A stretch of 42,805 bases of DNA from Escherichia phage Shy, in the sequence record OR996328. One strand, given 5' to 3'. Both the position numbers and the translations under genes were made by a program. The notes under the pieces were generated by a model. That model was not told the origin of the DNA, searched no databases, and saw nothing but the letters and a program-made list of their open reading frames with translations. Position 1 is the stretch's first letter. Every line of letters starts with the position of its first letter. Positions 26,356-34,911 of the stretch are shown here, one piece after another.

Positions 26356-27988
26356 AGCTCATAATCTCCGGGTACTTTTTGTTAACCCAAACCTTGACCT
26401 TTGACGGAATCCGAAGATTCGGCGACCAGTCTACGGCCTGTTGTGCGGTCGGGAATTCGTCGCCGTCGTAACCTGTACGCGCCCGCCACCAATCCCGCGC
26501 CCGCTTTCCGGCGAATCCGCTATGTTCCAAACAAATAAATTCCTTGAACATCCGAATACCGCAGAAATACGAAACTTTCATCATATCCGGCGCACCTTCT
26601 TTTTGATGCAACGAATACAAGACCTTTTGAACGTCGAAGTATTCGACTTGCGGGAAGTCCGACCGCAATAACGCTTCTTCCGATGCACCGGCAAACAACT
26701 TCGGTTCGAACTTGAATTCGTGACCACAACCCGACGGGGTAGGGAACGGCGAACCGCCGCACCAACGGGCCGACGCGTGGTTGTAGCAACCGCAATTGTC
26801 GCAGATACGAACCGGCGCATCGCCGCCACCTTTACCGGGGCGCTTCGGAATAACCGGGTCGTTGATTGGGCCAAGCCGACGGGTATTACCGGCGAAGTCC
26901 AATACCAGACAATTCGACTTGACGTAATCGAAGCCGGGAATATATGCGGCGAAGTCCGGGTTATATGGACGCGTTCCACGACCCAGCATTTGCACCCAAA
27001 GGCCCGGCGAAAGCGTCGGCCGCATCATGCCGATAAGGTCTATCGGGGGATGGTCAAAGCCGGTCGTAAGTACGCCGTTGTTCACGATGCAACGCACGTT
27101 GCCCTTTTTGAACTGCGCGATACGGTCGTCGCGTTCTTTTGTGGGCATCTTGGAATGAACCGCGACCGCATCAATACCGAATGCGACCATCGTTTCGGCA
27201 ACGTGTTCGGCGTGCTGAATACCCGACGCGAACGTTAGCCAGCAATTCCGGTCGTAACCCTTTTCGACCATTTCGGAAACGCATTTATACGTTATTTCGT
27301 TTTGGTCAACGGCGCGTTCTAACGCCCCTTGCGCGTATTCGCCGCCGTGCAAGCCGACCGACGACAAATCGAATTCGGTTGCGGTAGGCTTTGCGATAGG
27401 CGGGCACAAGAACCCTTCGGCCAACAGGCGGTTAAACCCGTCGATATCCGTAAGGTCGTAACAAATATCGGTGAAGATTCCGTTATCGGTTATATACCCC
27501 ATTTTCATACGATACGGGGTTGCGGTCAAACCGATAACTTTTAGGTACGGATTGATTAAACGCAAGTGTTCGATAATCTTGTTATACATTGACGATTCCT
27601 TGTCGCTTAACAAATGGCATTCGTCAATCAAGATTAAATCGCGGTGCCCGAAAGCGGCGACGTTATTAACAACCGAACCGACGCCACCAAAGATAATTGG
27701 TTGCGCAACGTCTTTCGCTTTCAGGCCAGCGGAATAAATACCGATAGGCGCACCGGGCCAGATTTGAACCAGCTTCGCGGCGTTCTGTTCGATAAGTTCT
27801 TTTACGTGCGTCAACATCAACACGCGTTGCCACGGCCAAGCCATGAAAACGCGGCGTATGAATTCGGCGATTACGATAGACTTACCTGTTCCGGTTGGTA
27901 ATGCGACAACGGGGTTCCCGTCGTTACCGGCTTCGAAATAGTCTTTGATGCTGTTAATCGCTTCGTCTTGATACCAACGCAATAACAT
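26345..27988 (-). CDS. superfamily-2 DNA helicase (DEAH-type) with C-terminal zinc-ribbon region
   Basis: 547 aa. Motifs read: ALPTGTGKS (Walker A), LIDECH (motif II), GLTATP (motif III), QMLGRGTR (motif VI), and CDNCGCYNHASARWC. Confidence 0.8.
   Translation of the reverse strand: MLLRWYQDEAINSIKDYFEAGNDGNPVVALPTGTGKSIVIAEFIRRVFMAWPWQRVLMLTHVKELIEQNAAKLVQIWPGAPIGIYSAGLKAKDVAQPIIFGGVGSVVNNVAAFGHRDLILIDECHLLSDKESSMYNKIIEHLRLINPYLKVIGLTATPYRMKMGYITDNGIFTDICYDLTDIDGFNRLLAEGFLCPPIAKPTATEFDLSSVGLHGGEYAQGALERAVDQNEITYKCVSEMVEKGYDRNCWLTFASGIQHAEHVAETMVAFGIDAVAVHSKMPTKERDDRIAQFKKGNVRCIVNNGVLTTGFDHPPIDLIGMMRPTLSPGLWVQMLGRGTRPYNPDFAAYIPGFDYVKSNCLVLDFAGNTRRLGPINDPVIPKRPGKGGGDAPVRICDNCGCYNHASARWCGGSPFPTPSGCGHEFKFEPKLFAGASEEALLRSDFPQVEYFDVQKVLYSLHQKEGAPDMMKVSYFCGIRMFKEFICLEHSGFAGKRARDWWRARTGYDGDEFPTAQQAVDWSPNLRIPSKVKVWVNKKYPEIMSYEY
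27140..27147 (+). repeat. TGTGGGCA motif copy
   Basis: ctttTGTGGGCAtc, antisense to the helicase CDS. Confidence 0.9.
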
Positions 27989-28960
27989 TTAGTCTTTCCC
28001 GTTGATAATTGGTTTCCATTGGTCGCAAGCCTGTTTAATTTCGGCTTCGCCGGGAATAATTGCGTTCCATTGTTCGCAAAACCATCGCGCATTATCAACC
28101 GGCCGGGCCTTCACGCACGAACGGCAATTCTTTTCCGGTAATTCGCCTTTGTGGCAAATGCCTTTATAGTTGCAAAACGAACAAGGAACTTGCGCCGGGC
28201 TGGCCGAAATCTTCGGCATTGGGGTTTGACTTGCGATAACCTTTTCGGCCTTCTGAAACTGTTGTTCGCCAAGGCGCATATTTAGCGGTACGATTTCGAT
28301 ATGCAAGTCGTCGTCGTTCTTGTTCACGTTCAAGTAAACAACGAACCGGAAGTTATACGCATAGCCATACGTCGAAGTTTGCGCGAAGTGTTGCGGCTTC
28401 GAAAGCATCATGCCTTGTTCGCCCAACTTGTTAAAACCGGCCCCGGTTCCGTTGGTCTTGAACTCGCACAACATCGCTTCTTCGATACCGTAATGCGGCG
28501 GCAACTTGATAATACCGTCAAGCGAACCGCCAAAGTGCCCCATTGCGCCGGAAATACGGAATTGCTTTTTCCCCTTGTCTTCTTCGCTGGCGTTCTGGTC
28601 GTCGAATTCCCACACTTGGCACCCGATGCCGCGCAAGTATTCGATAAAGGTTGCTTCTTCACGGTGCCCGCGCTGGAACAGGCGCAACATGCGGCCCGTA
28701 AACTTTTCATGTTTCGCCCAACGGAAATGCAACCAAAGTTTTTGCAAGCAATCGTCGCCGATAAGCGATGCGCCCAAATGCGAACGCGGGCCAGTGTCGT
28801 AAGTTGCGACCGCCCATTTTTCGATATCGTCTTTCAGTCGGTTAGCTACCAACTTAGCGACGCCGGGTTGCATTAAGTCAACGCTTACGCTTGCGGTCTT
28901 TTCCGCTGTTTCGTTCGTATTCGCGTTGTTCCCGAAGATTTCGTTTTGCTGTTCGCTCAT
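27989..28960 (-). CDS. PD-(D/E)XK exonuclease, Cas4/RecB-like, with Cys cluster
   Basis: 323 aa. DGIIKL...LCEFKT gives a D...E.K core. An N-terminal C (GDDC) plus C-terminal PCSFCNYKGIC fits a Cas4-type 4-Cys cluster. The start is uncertain: ATG 28960 overlaps the upstream gene by 83 nt, and the alternative ATG 28873 has a weaker SD. Confidence 0.65.
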   Translation of the reverse strand: MSEQQNEIFGNNANTNETAEKTASVSVDLMQPGVAKLVANRLKDDIEKWAVATYDTGPRSHLGASLIGDDCLQKLWLHFRWAKHEKFTGRMLRLFQRGHREEATFIEYLRGIGCQVWEFDDQNASEEDKGKKQFRISGAMGHFGGSLDGIIKLPPHYGIEEAMLCEFKTNGTGAGFNKLGEQGMMLSKPQHFAQTSTYGYAYNFRFVVYLNVNKNDDDLHIEIVPLNMRLGEQQFQKAEKVIASQTPMPKISASPAQVPCSFCNYKGICHKGELPEKNCRSCVKARPVDNARWFCEQWNAIIPGEAEIKQACDQWKPIINGKD

Positions 28961-29393
28961 TTTTACGCGCCTTACGTCGTTCGATGATTTTTTCGTTTGC
29001 GGTGAAATGCTGGTTACAGATTTCGACCGCCCGTTGTAATTGGTCTTTCGACAACCAAGAAATATGGCAATCGTCCGACGCGATACCCAATTCGCCCGCC
29101 AACCAGTCGTAAGCGTGCGAACGCGACATTAACTTCGACTTCCAAATCGGGTCGAATGCGTCATGTACCTTTTGCCGTAATTGGCGCGTTGCCCGGTCGG
29201 CCATGCGACCAAGCGGGATAATCGTTCCGGGGTGACAGCCGACGGCCGCTTTGCAGTCGTGGCAATAATAGATTTCGGGCCAATCCCCGAATAGCCGACC
29301 GTAAATTCGGTCGTTTTGCGTTTGTTCGATGTTGACCGAACCGCAGTTATCGCAATGCGCCGGTATGGGCAATGCGTCTTCGACTTGTGACAT
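28878..29393 (-). CDS. zinc-ribbon protein with basic C-terminal tail
   Basis: 171 aa. CDNCGS...CHDCKAAVGCH gives a 4-Cys ribbon. The C-terminus is K/R-rich (ERRKARKNERTAKRNLREQ...DRKRKR). Confidence 0.55.
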   Translation of the reverse strand: MSQVEDALPIPAHCDNCGSVNIEQTQNDRIYGRLFGDWPEIYYCHDCKAAVGCHPGTIIPLGRMADRATRQLRQKVHDAFDPIWKSKLMSRSHAYDWLAGELGIASDDCHISWLSKDQLQRAVEICNQHFTANEKIIERRKARKNERTAKRNLREQREYERNSGKDRKRKR

Positions 29394-29420
29394 ACGGCAT
29401 TATTCCCCTGTAAAGACGAT

Positions 29421-29438
29421 AAGGGGCCGAAGCCCCTT
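29421..29438 (-). other. intercistronic stem-loop after the SSB-like gene
   Basis: On the minus strand AAGGGGC, TTCG loop, GCCCCTT, followed only by a weak T-run. This is an attenuator or RNA-stability element rather than a full terminator. Confidence 0.45.
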
Positions 29439-29453
29439 ACCGTTGATTGCGAC

Positions 29454-30263
29454 TTAGCGCGGTTGGCCCCAAGCCGGTTGGCCGCCGCCGTTGCCTTGGT
29501 TCTGGTTCCAGCCGCCGCCGTTGCCTTGCTGCTGGCCTTGGTTGCCCTGCTGGTTGCCTTGCCAGCCGCCGCCCTGCTGGTTGCCCTGCTGGCCGTTGTT
29601 GCCGTTGTTCTGGCCCCAACCCGGATTACCGCCGCCGTTGTTCTGGCCTTGGTTCTGGTTGTTGCCGCCGTTGTTATCCGGCATCGGAACGTTGTTCGCG
29701 ACCTGCGATTGACCGCCCCAACCGGCGTTGTTACCGCCGTTGTTTTGCTGCTGGTTCTGGCCGCCGTTCTGTTGCTGGTTGCCCCACGAACCGCCGTTGT
29801 TACCGGCTTGGCCGCCGTTGTTCTGCGCGGCTTGACCGTTGCCGTTGGCGTGGCCGGGTTCGTTACCGTTGATATCGAACACGCGTTTTACGTCGGTGTA
29901 CTTGTTCGGGTTCGGTTCTTTCTGCAACCCGACTTCGACCATAAACGGGATGTTGTGCAACTGTTGCGAATCTTGCACTTGGAACACGCCGGTAACGTGG
30001 CACAAAGCCGACAACTGTTTGTGCGCGATTTCGACGGTTTGCGGGTTGGTATGGTACAGGTTCAGGCGGTAAGCGCCGACCGCGCCTTTGTTCGGGCCGT
30101 CGATAACCTGCAAGTCGAATTGCAGATAACCGGAATCGTTATCCTTGGTCGGCTTTACTTCCGACTTGATAGCGATAACCGGATGCTTGCCGATAGGCAA
30201 ACCGCCGACGCCTTGGGTCGGGTCTACGTTACGCGCGTCGAACGCTTGCATCAATTGAGCCAT
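29454..30263 (-). CDS. ssDNA-binding-like protein (DUF669-type position) with ~140-aa G/N/Q/W-rich disordered tail
   Basis: Start moved to the ATG at 30263 (SD AAGGTAG). The ~125-aa N-terminal folded part lies next to the Sak4-like ATPase, as in many phage recombination modules. The tail resembles the bacterial SSB linker (GGWGQ...) but ends ...QPAWGQPR with no acidic tip. Confidence 0.6.
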   Translation of the reverse strand: MAQLMQAFDARNVDPTQGVGGLPIGKHPVIAIKSEVKPTKDNDSGYLQFDLQVIDGPNKGAVGAYRLNLYHTNPQTVEIAHKQLSALCHVTGVFQVQDSQQLHNIPFMVEVGLQKEPNPNKYTDVKRVFDINGNEPGHANGNGQAAQNNGGQAGNNGGSWGNQQQNGGQNQQQNNGGNNAGWGGQSQVANNVPMPDNNGGNNQNQGQNNGGGNPGWGQNNGNNGQQGNQQGGGWQGNQQGNQGQQQGNGGGWNQNQGNGGGQPAWGQPR

Positions 30264-30319
30264 TTTGTTTCTACCTTTTCGAAAAGTTCCGACAATCAAA
30301 CCGTGTCGAATTCGGTTAT

Positions 30320-31000
30320 TTACGACATTGCCTTTTTGAACAGTGCCGTTAAATCTGGTTGTTCCAGTTCGTTAAGCCGACCGCTTCGGTCGCGTGGTGC
30401 GTTGATTCCGAAGGTTGGTGCGGTGCGAATCGCCAACACTTGCGATTGTACACCGGGAACCGTCGTCTTTGCAACATGCCCGATTAGGTCGTACAAGTGC
30501 GGAACCTGAATCCCCAATTCTTGACCGGGGAAATACGGTTTCTTAACTTGCGTGCCTTCTTCTTCGGCCATCGCCTGTTTCGCAATCAAATACGTGTGTT
30601 TCTGTTGCATGTAGTACAAGCCGGTAAGGTGGTCTAGTACCTTTCGGGCCATTTCGCCGTAAGCCTTGCGGCCGTCGCGGTTGCGTTTCAATTCGGCTTT
30701 CACGACGATTTCGGCCAGTTGCGACACTGAATCGACGCCGACGGTATCGAAACCTTTGGATTCATTCGACCGAAACAGCCAATCGAAGAATTCGTCGATT
30801 CGTTCAACCGTTGGCGCTTCCCATGCGGGAACCGTCGAACCGCGCATCGACAACATACCCGGTTCGGTAATCAGCAATACCGGGCGCGGTGCGGTGTTGA
30901 TAAGCGGCGTCTTACCCGAACCGGGCGGCCCATAGGCCAACATCTTGACGCCGTATTGCCGGGCGAAATCCCCGGCCGGTCGTAAGTCGCGTGTTTGCAT
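30320..31000 (-). CDS. Sak4-like / AAA_24 RecA-fold ATPase
   Basis: Walker A is LAYGPPGSGKTP. Start moved to the ATG at 31000 (SD AGGTGA 6 nt upstream). The track start at 31084 would overlap the upstream gene by 32 nt. Confidence 0.7.
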   Translation of the reverse strand: MQTRDLRPAGDFARQYGVKMLAYGPPGSGKTPLINTAPRPVLLITEPGMLSMRGSTVPAWEAPTVERIDEFFDWLFRSNESKGFDTVGVDSVSQLAEIVVKAELKRNRDGRKAYGEMARKVLDHLTGLYYMQQKHTYLIAKQAMAEEEGTQVKKPYFPGQELGIQVPHLYDLIGHVAKTTVPGVQSQVLAIRTAPTFGINAPRDRSGRLNELEQPDLTALFKKAMS

Positions 31001-31029
31001 AGTTTCACCTGAAAAGCCCGGCGGCCTAA

Positions 31030-31037
31030 TGTGGGCA
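31030..31037 (+). repeat. TGTGGGCA motif copy
   Basis: ctaaTGTGGGCAac, in the gap between the minus-strand genes at 31053 and 31000. Confidence 0.9.
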
Positions 31038-31052
31038 ACCGGGCGTCGTTGA

Positions 31053-31520
31053 TTAACGTTTTTCTTTCGGTGCGACGATTTCAACCGACGGCGTACCGTC
31101 CGAAATCTTCAACACTTCGTCAATAATTTTCTTGAACTTCGGTTCAAGTTCGTTGTATTCGGAAACCGAAAGTTCTGGCTTCCATTTGACCAGACGGTTC
31201 GCGACGAACTGACCTTCGGGGCCAACCTTTTCGATTTTCGACAGCGCCTTATCGACGGCATCGTCTTTGTTGTTCAGGCTGTAATTCAGCTTGAACACGG
31301 CTTTCAGCTTGTAGCCGTTCGCCAAATCGACGTTTTTGGTGCCGGAAAGACCGGCGTTGTTCGGAAACATGCGGTCTACCATCGCCTTACGGGCCGCCGC
31401 TTCAATCGCTTTGAAGTGCGCCAGTTGTTTCGCCGCCGCTTCCCATTCGCCGATAAGCTGGTCGTTGGTTTTGGTGGCTTCGGTCGGCTGGCCCCATGCT
31501 TGCGCGTTGTTGTCGGTCAT
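31053..31520 (-). CDS. hypothetical protein (155 aa) preceding the ATPase
   Basis: Coiled-coil N-terminus. It occupies the slot held by Gp157-like proteins upstream of Sak4-type ATPases; this is recollection and low certainty. Confidence 0.55.
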   Translation of the reverse strand: MTDNNAQAWGQPTEATKTNDQLIGEWEAAAKQLAHFKAIEAAARKAMVDRMFPNNAGLSGTKNVDLANGYKLKAVFKLNYSLNNKDDAVDKALSKIEKVGPEGQFVANRLVKWKPELSVSEYNELEPKFKKIIDEVLKISDGTPSVEIVAPKEKR

Positions 31521-31597
31521 TTCGATTACCCTTTCGTTAAACCGGGCCGACCAATTCGGCCCGTTGAATAGAAATATACGTCAATCGAACCGGCGCG

Positions 31598-32221
31598 TCA
31601 AGCGTCTTTTTCGCTTTCGATGCGATGTTTCAATTCGGCATCCGGCGAAGTGATACCCGGCAAGTTCGGTTGCATCAATTCCAGAATGTCGCGTTCGCCG
31701 CCAAGGTCGCGGTTATTCGCGTCGTATGCGGTAAACTTGTTCGGGTAGCGTTTGCGAAGTTTGGCGATGTTCGCCCGCATCATGCCGTCGATGCTGATTT
31801 CGGTTCCTTGGGCCAGTGCGGCCAGATACCAAAGAACGTCGCCGCCTTCTTCGCCAAGGTTCACAAGGTCGAAGCCGGTAGGCTGGCCGCCGAACTTGTT
31901 AATCAGTGCGGCGATAAGACCGTCGGCCAGTTCGCCCGCTTCGGTGCCGACGCCGATGATTGCGTGCGCGATGGTTTCTTCGGCCGAAGTCCAAGGCATT
32001 TCGCTGGATTCGATGGATTCTTCGGGAACGAACATCGGCATCGCTTCGACGTTGCGGCCGTAGAACAGGCGTTTCTTGATTTCGTCAAGCCGGGCGGCGG
32101 CGATGCTGAACGCTTGCAGTGCGCCAAGCAATTCGGCACGGCTTACGAATTCGCCAAAGAACGAAGCCGACAGGGTTTGCACGGCTTCCGCTTGATAGTT
32201 GAAGGGTTTGGGTTGGGTCAT
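31598..32221 (-). CDS. mazG: MazG-like nucleoside triphosphate pyrophosphohydrolase
   Basis: 207 aa. GVGTEAGELADGL and LGEEGGDVLWYLA give the E..E...E..D MazG signature. The C-terminus carries RANIAKLRKRYPNKF. Confidence 0.75.
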   Translation of the reverse strand: MTQPKPFNYQAEAVQTLSASFFGEFVSRAELLGALQAFSIAAARLDEIKKRLFYGRNVEAMPMFVPEESIESSEMPWTSAEETIAHAIIGVGTEAGELADGLIAALINKFGGQPTGFDLVNLGEEGGDVLWYLAALAQGTEISIDGMMRANIAKLRKRYPNKFTAYDANNRDLGGERDILELMQPNLPGITSPDAELKHRIESEKDA

Positions 32222-32271
32222 TGGGACGACTCCGGTTAGGGTTGCGGCCGGGGGTTCCCAACCGTGCCCAT

Positions 32272-32300
32272 ATAGTAGCGCCGGGGCTTGCGTGCGTCAA
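32272..32300 (-). promoter_or_regulatory. sigma70-like promoter of the replication operon
   Basis: On the minus strand: TTGACG (32300-32295), 17 nt spacer, TACTAT (32277-32272). It lies about 50 nt upstream of the mazG start. Confidence 0.6.
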
Positions 32301-32312
32301 CAGAATTTTAGC

Positions 32313-32341
32313 TTTACGTTACACCATTTTCGCCGTATCAT
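32313..32341 (+). promoter_or_regulatory. sigma70-like promoter of the HTH/primase operon
   Basis: TTTACG (32313-32318), 17 nt spacer, TATCAT (32336-32341). It is back-to-back with the minus-strand promoter. Confidence 0.5.
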
Positions 32342-32373
32342 TTCGGCCAATGACCACGCGCAACCGTAAGGAA

Positions 32374-32381
32374 TGCCCACA
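32374..32381 (-). repeat. TGTGGGCA motif copy (minus strand)
   Basis: The plus strand reads AAGGAATGCCCACAATG. The motif fills the spacer between the SD and the start codon of the HTH gene. Confidence 0.9.
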
Positions 32382-32585
32382 ATGACCCAGCTTGTCACCG
32401 GTTGGCGGGATGAAACCCGGCAACTTCTGTTGAACCGCCCCCGCAACCTTGAATATCAGACCATCGCCAACGAAACCGGTTTGTCTGTTTCGTGGATTCG
32501 TGCGTTCGCGGTAGGCCAGTCGGATAACCCCGGCGTCGTCTTCGTCGAAACCCTTTATGTATATCTGAAAGCAAAGGCCAAGTAA
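32382..32585 (+). CDS. small helix-turn-helix DNA-binding protein
   Basis: Start moved to the ATG at 32382, because the SD AAGGA at 32367-32371 is 10 nt upstream. YQTIANETGLSVSWIRAFAVGQ looks like an HTH. It is TAATG-coupled to the primase gene. Confidence 0.55.
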   Translation: MTQLVTGWRDETRQLLLNRPRNLEYQTIANETGLSVSWIRAFAVGQSDNPGVVFVETLYVYLKAKAK

Positions 32586-34891
32586 TGTACCAGAACATAC
32601 CCGAAGAATTGCGGAATACGCCGCATTGGGTAGTTTGGCGTTACGAAGACACGCAAGCCGATAAGCCGACCAAAGTACCGTATTCGCCGCATAATTTCCA
32701 AACGCGGGCGAATGTCAACGAACCGTCAACTTTCGGAACGTTTGAGCAAGCCGCGCAAGCGTGCCAAGACGGATGGTTTAACGGCTTGGGCTTCGTGTTA
32801 ACGCAAAACGACCCGTATTGCTTTATCGACCTTGACGATACGGACGGCGACCCGAAATTGTACGCCGACCAAATCACGATTTACCAACGGCTAGGGTCGT
32901 ATACCGAACTTTCGCCAAGCGGTAAGGGCGTGCATATCATCGTAAAAGGTGCGTTGCCAGCCGGTCGCAAGCGTAACCGTATTGAACTGTATTCGTCCGG
33001 TCGCTTTATGACCATGACGGGTAATTTCCTTAACGGTTCGAACCCGGCTATCGAAGACCGTAACGATATGGTCAACGAACTTTATACCCTGTTGGGCGGT
33101 AAAGAAGAAAAGACATATTACGACGGCAACGAACCACAAACCAAGTCGGACGACGAAGTTATCGAAATCGCACGCAATGCGGAAAACGGCGCGAAGTTTA
33201 TGTCGTTGCATAACGGCGATTGGGTCGGCCTGTATCCGTCGCAATCCGAAGCCGACTTAGCGTATATCAACATTTTGGCGTTTTATACCCAAAACCGCGA
33301 ACAGCTTACCCGGATGTTCAAAGCGTCGCCGTTGGGCGCACGCGACAAACAAACGTCGATTCGTGGCGTCGGTTATATCGACTACATGATTAACAAGTCT
33401 TTCGACCGCATGTTGCCGCCAGTCGATACCGCCGCACTTATGAACCGGCTTAACGAAGCATTGCAACAAAGCCGCGTCGCAGTGCAACAGGAAGCCGCCA
33501 GCGTGCCGACCGCCGAATATATCCCCGAACCCCAAGGCGATACGCCGTACACCGTGCCGCCCGGCCTTATGGGCGAAATCGCGCAATTCATTTACCAGCA
33601 AGCGCCCCGGCCCGTACCGGAAATCGCGCTTACGGCCGCTATTGGCTTGATGGCTGGTATATGTGGGCGTGCGTACAACGTGTCGAATACCGGATTGAAC
33701 CAATACGTTATGTTGTTGGCCCCAACCGGCACCGGTAAAGAAGCAATCGCAAAGGGCATTGAAAAGCTAATGGGACAAGTGCAACGCACCGTGCCAGCGG
33801 CTAACGAATTCATCGGCCCGGCTGAAATCGCATCGGCGCAAGCGTTGGTTAAATATATGTCGAAAGGCCCGACCAGCTTTGTAAGCATCGTCGGCGAAAT
33901 CGGTATCGCATTGCAGCAAATGACCGACCCCCGCGCACCGACGCACCTTGTCGGCTTGCGCCGCCTGTTGCTTGACCTGTTCAACAAGTCCGGCGAAGGT
34001 TCGGTTTTGCGTCCGACCATCTATTCGGATAAAGAAAAGAATACGGCTTCGGTTCTGGCACCGTCTTACACGATGCTAGGCGAATCGACGCCCGAACGCT
34101 TTTACGAATTCCTTGATGAAATGATGATTAGCGAAGGTTTGTTGCCGCGCTTTACCATCATCGAATACCGGGGAAAGCGGCCGTCTATGAACGAAGGCCA
34201 CGCGTTCGTAATGCCGTCGAATGAACTGGTCGAACGTATGGCGCAATTGTGCGCGCAAGCGTTGATGCTGAACAACTCGCATAAAGCGGTGCATATCCGC
34301 GTATCGCCGGAAGCGAAAGAACTGTTCGACGCTTTCAACGAAGAATGCGACAAGCGAATTAACAACGCATCCCGCGAAGTCACGCGCCACCTTTGGAACC
34401 GTGCCCACATTAAGGCCATGAAACTAGCCGGGCTGGTTGCCGTCGGTTGTGACCCGTATAACCCGACCATTGATGCCAGCGCCGCCGCTTGGGCCTTGCG
34501 TATCGTTGAAGCGGATTCGAACAACCTGTTAGGTCGGTTCAATAGCGGCGAAGTCGGCCAGAACAGCAACGAAACCAAACAGCTTAACGAAATGGTACGC
34601 GTGATTCGCGAATACGTCGTTCGGCCTTGGTCGGAAGTGGCGTCGTATGGCGGGTCGGCAATGATGCACGGCGAACGCATTATTCCGTATCCGTACCTTC
34701 AACGTAAATTGGCTAACCTATCCGCTTTCAAAGGCGAACGAATCACGGCATCCGACGTTATCCGACGCACCTTGAAGACGCTTTGCGACCGTGGCGACAT
34801 TGCGGAATTGGGTAAAGGTCAATTGATTGATAAGTTCGGATTCCGTGGCGTTGCGTACATGATTTCGGCACCACGGGCGTTCGGCTTCTAG
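32585..34891 (+). CDS. bifunctional primase-polymerase (AEP) / helicase
   Basis: 768 aa. AEP motifs read: CFIDLDD and SPSGKGVHI. SQSEADLAYINILAFYT is a PriCT-type helix bundle. The C-terminal half has Walker A LLAPTGTGKE (DUF3987/D5-like helicase). Confidence 0.8.
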   Translation: MYQNIPEELRNTPHWVVWRYEDTQADKPTKVPYSPHNFQTRANVNEPSTFGTFEQAAQACQDGWFNGLGFVLTQNDPYCFIDLDDTDGDPKLYADQITIYQRLGSYTELSPSGKGVHIIVKGALPAGRKRNRIELYSSGRFMTMTGNFLNGSNPAIEDRNDMVNELYTLLGGKEEKTYYDGNEPQTKSDDEVIEIARNAENGAKFMSLHNGDWVGLYPSQSEADLAYINILAFYTQNREQLTRMFKASPLGARDKQTSIRGVGYIDYMINKSFDRMLPPVDTAALMNRLNEALQQSRVAVQQEAASVPTAEYIPEPQGDTPYTVPPGLMGEIAQFIYQQAPRPVPEIALTAAIGLMAGICGRAYNVSNTGLNQYVMLLAPTGTGKEAIAKGIEKLMGQVQRTVPAANEFIGPAEIASAQALVKYMSKGPTSFVSIVGEIGIALQQMTDPRAPTHLVGLRRLLLDLFNKSGEGSVLRPTIYSDKEKNTASVLAPSYTMLGESTPERFYEFLDEMMISEGLLPRFTIIEYRGKRPSMNEGHAFVMPSNELVERMAQLCAQALMLNNSHKAVHIRVSPEAKELFDAFNEECDKRINNASREVTRHLWNRAHIKAMKLAGLVAVGCDPYNPTIDASAAAWALRIVEADSNNLLGRFNSGEVGQNSNETKQLNEMVRVIREYVVRPWSEVASYGGSAMMHGERIIPYPYLQRKLANLSAFKGERITASDVIRRTLKTLCDRGDIAELGKGQLIDKFGFRGVAYMISAPRAFGF
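34402..34409 (-). repeat. TGTGGGCA motif copy (minus strand)
   Basis: Minus-strand context ttaaTGTGGGCAcg, inside the primase CDS. Confidence 0.9.
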
Positions 34892-34911
34892 CTAACCTAT
34901 CCGACGAATCA

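Noticed and set aside
29454-29880. Repetitive GC-rich DNA that could be mistaken for a tandem-repeat or CRISPR-like array.
   Set aside because: The repeats are degenerate, have no unique spacers, and lie in frame within the SSB-like gene, where they encode its G/N/Q tail. This is a coding low-complexity region, not an array.
31001-31084. Upstream extension of the Sak4-like ATPase ORF (track start 31084). Similar track extensions occur at 19089, 19523, 30299, 32373, 35193, 36948, 37902, 38059, 39578, 39963, 40252, 41015 and 41424.
   Set aside because: The extensions overlap the preceding gene or lack an SD. In each case an internal ATG has a well-spaced SD or a TAATG/ATGA coupling junction, so the shorter coordinates were reported.
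31544-31562. Hairpin GGGCCGA/TCGGCCC between mazG and the next minus-strand gene, with a nearby TTGACG, considered as a terminator plus internal promoter.
   Set aside because: On the minus strand only a weak T-run (GGTTTAACG) follows the stem. No -10 element lies 16-18 nt after the TTGACG. This is too weak to call either feature.
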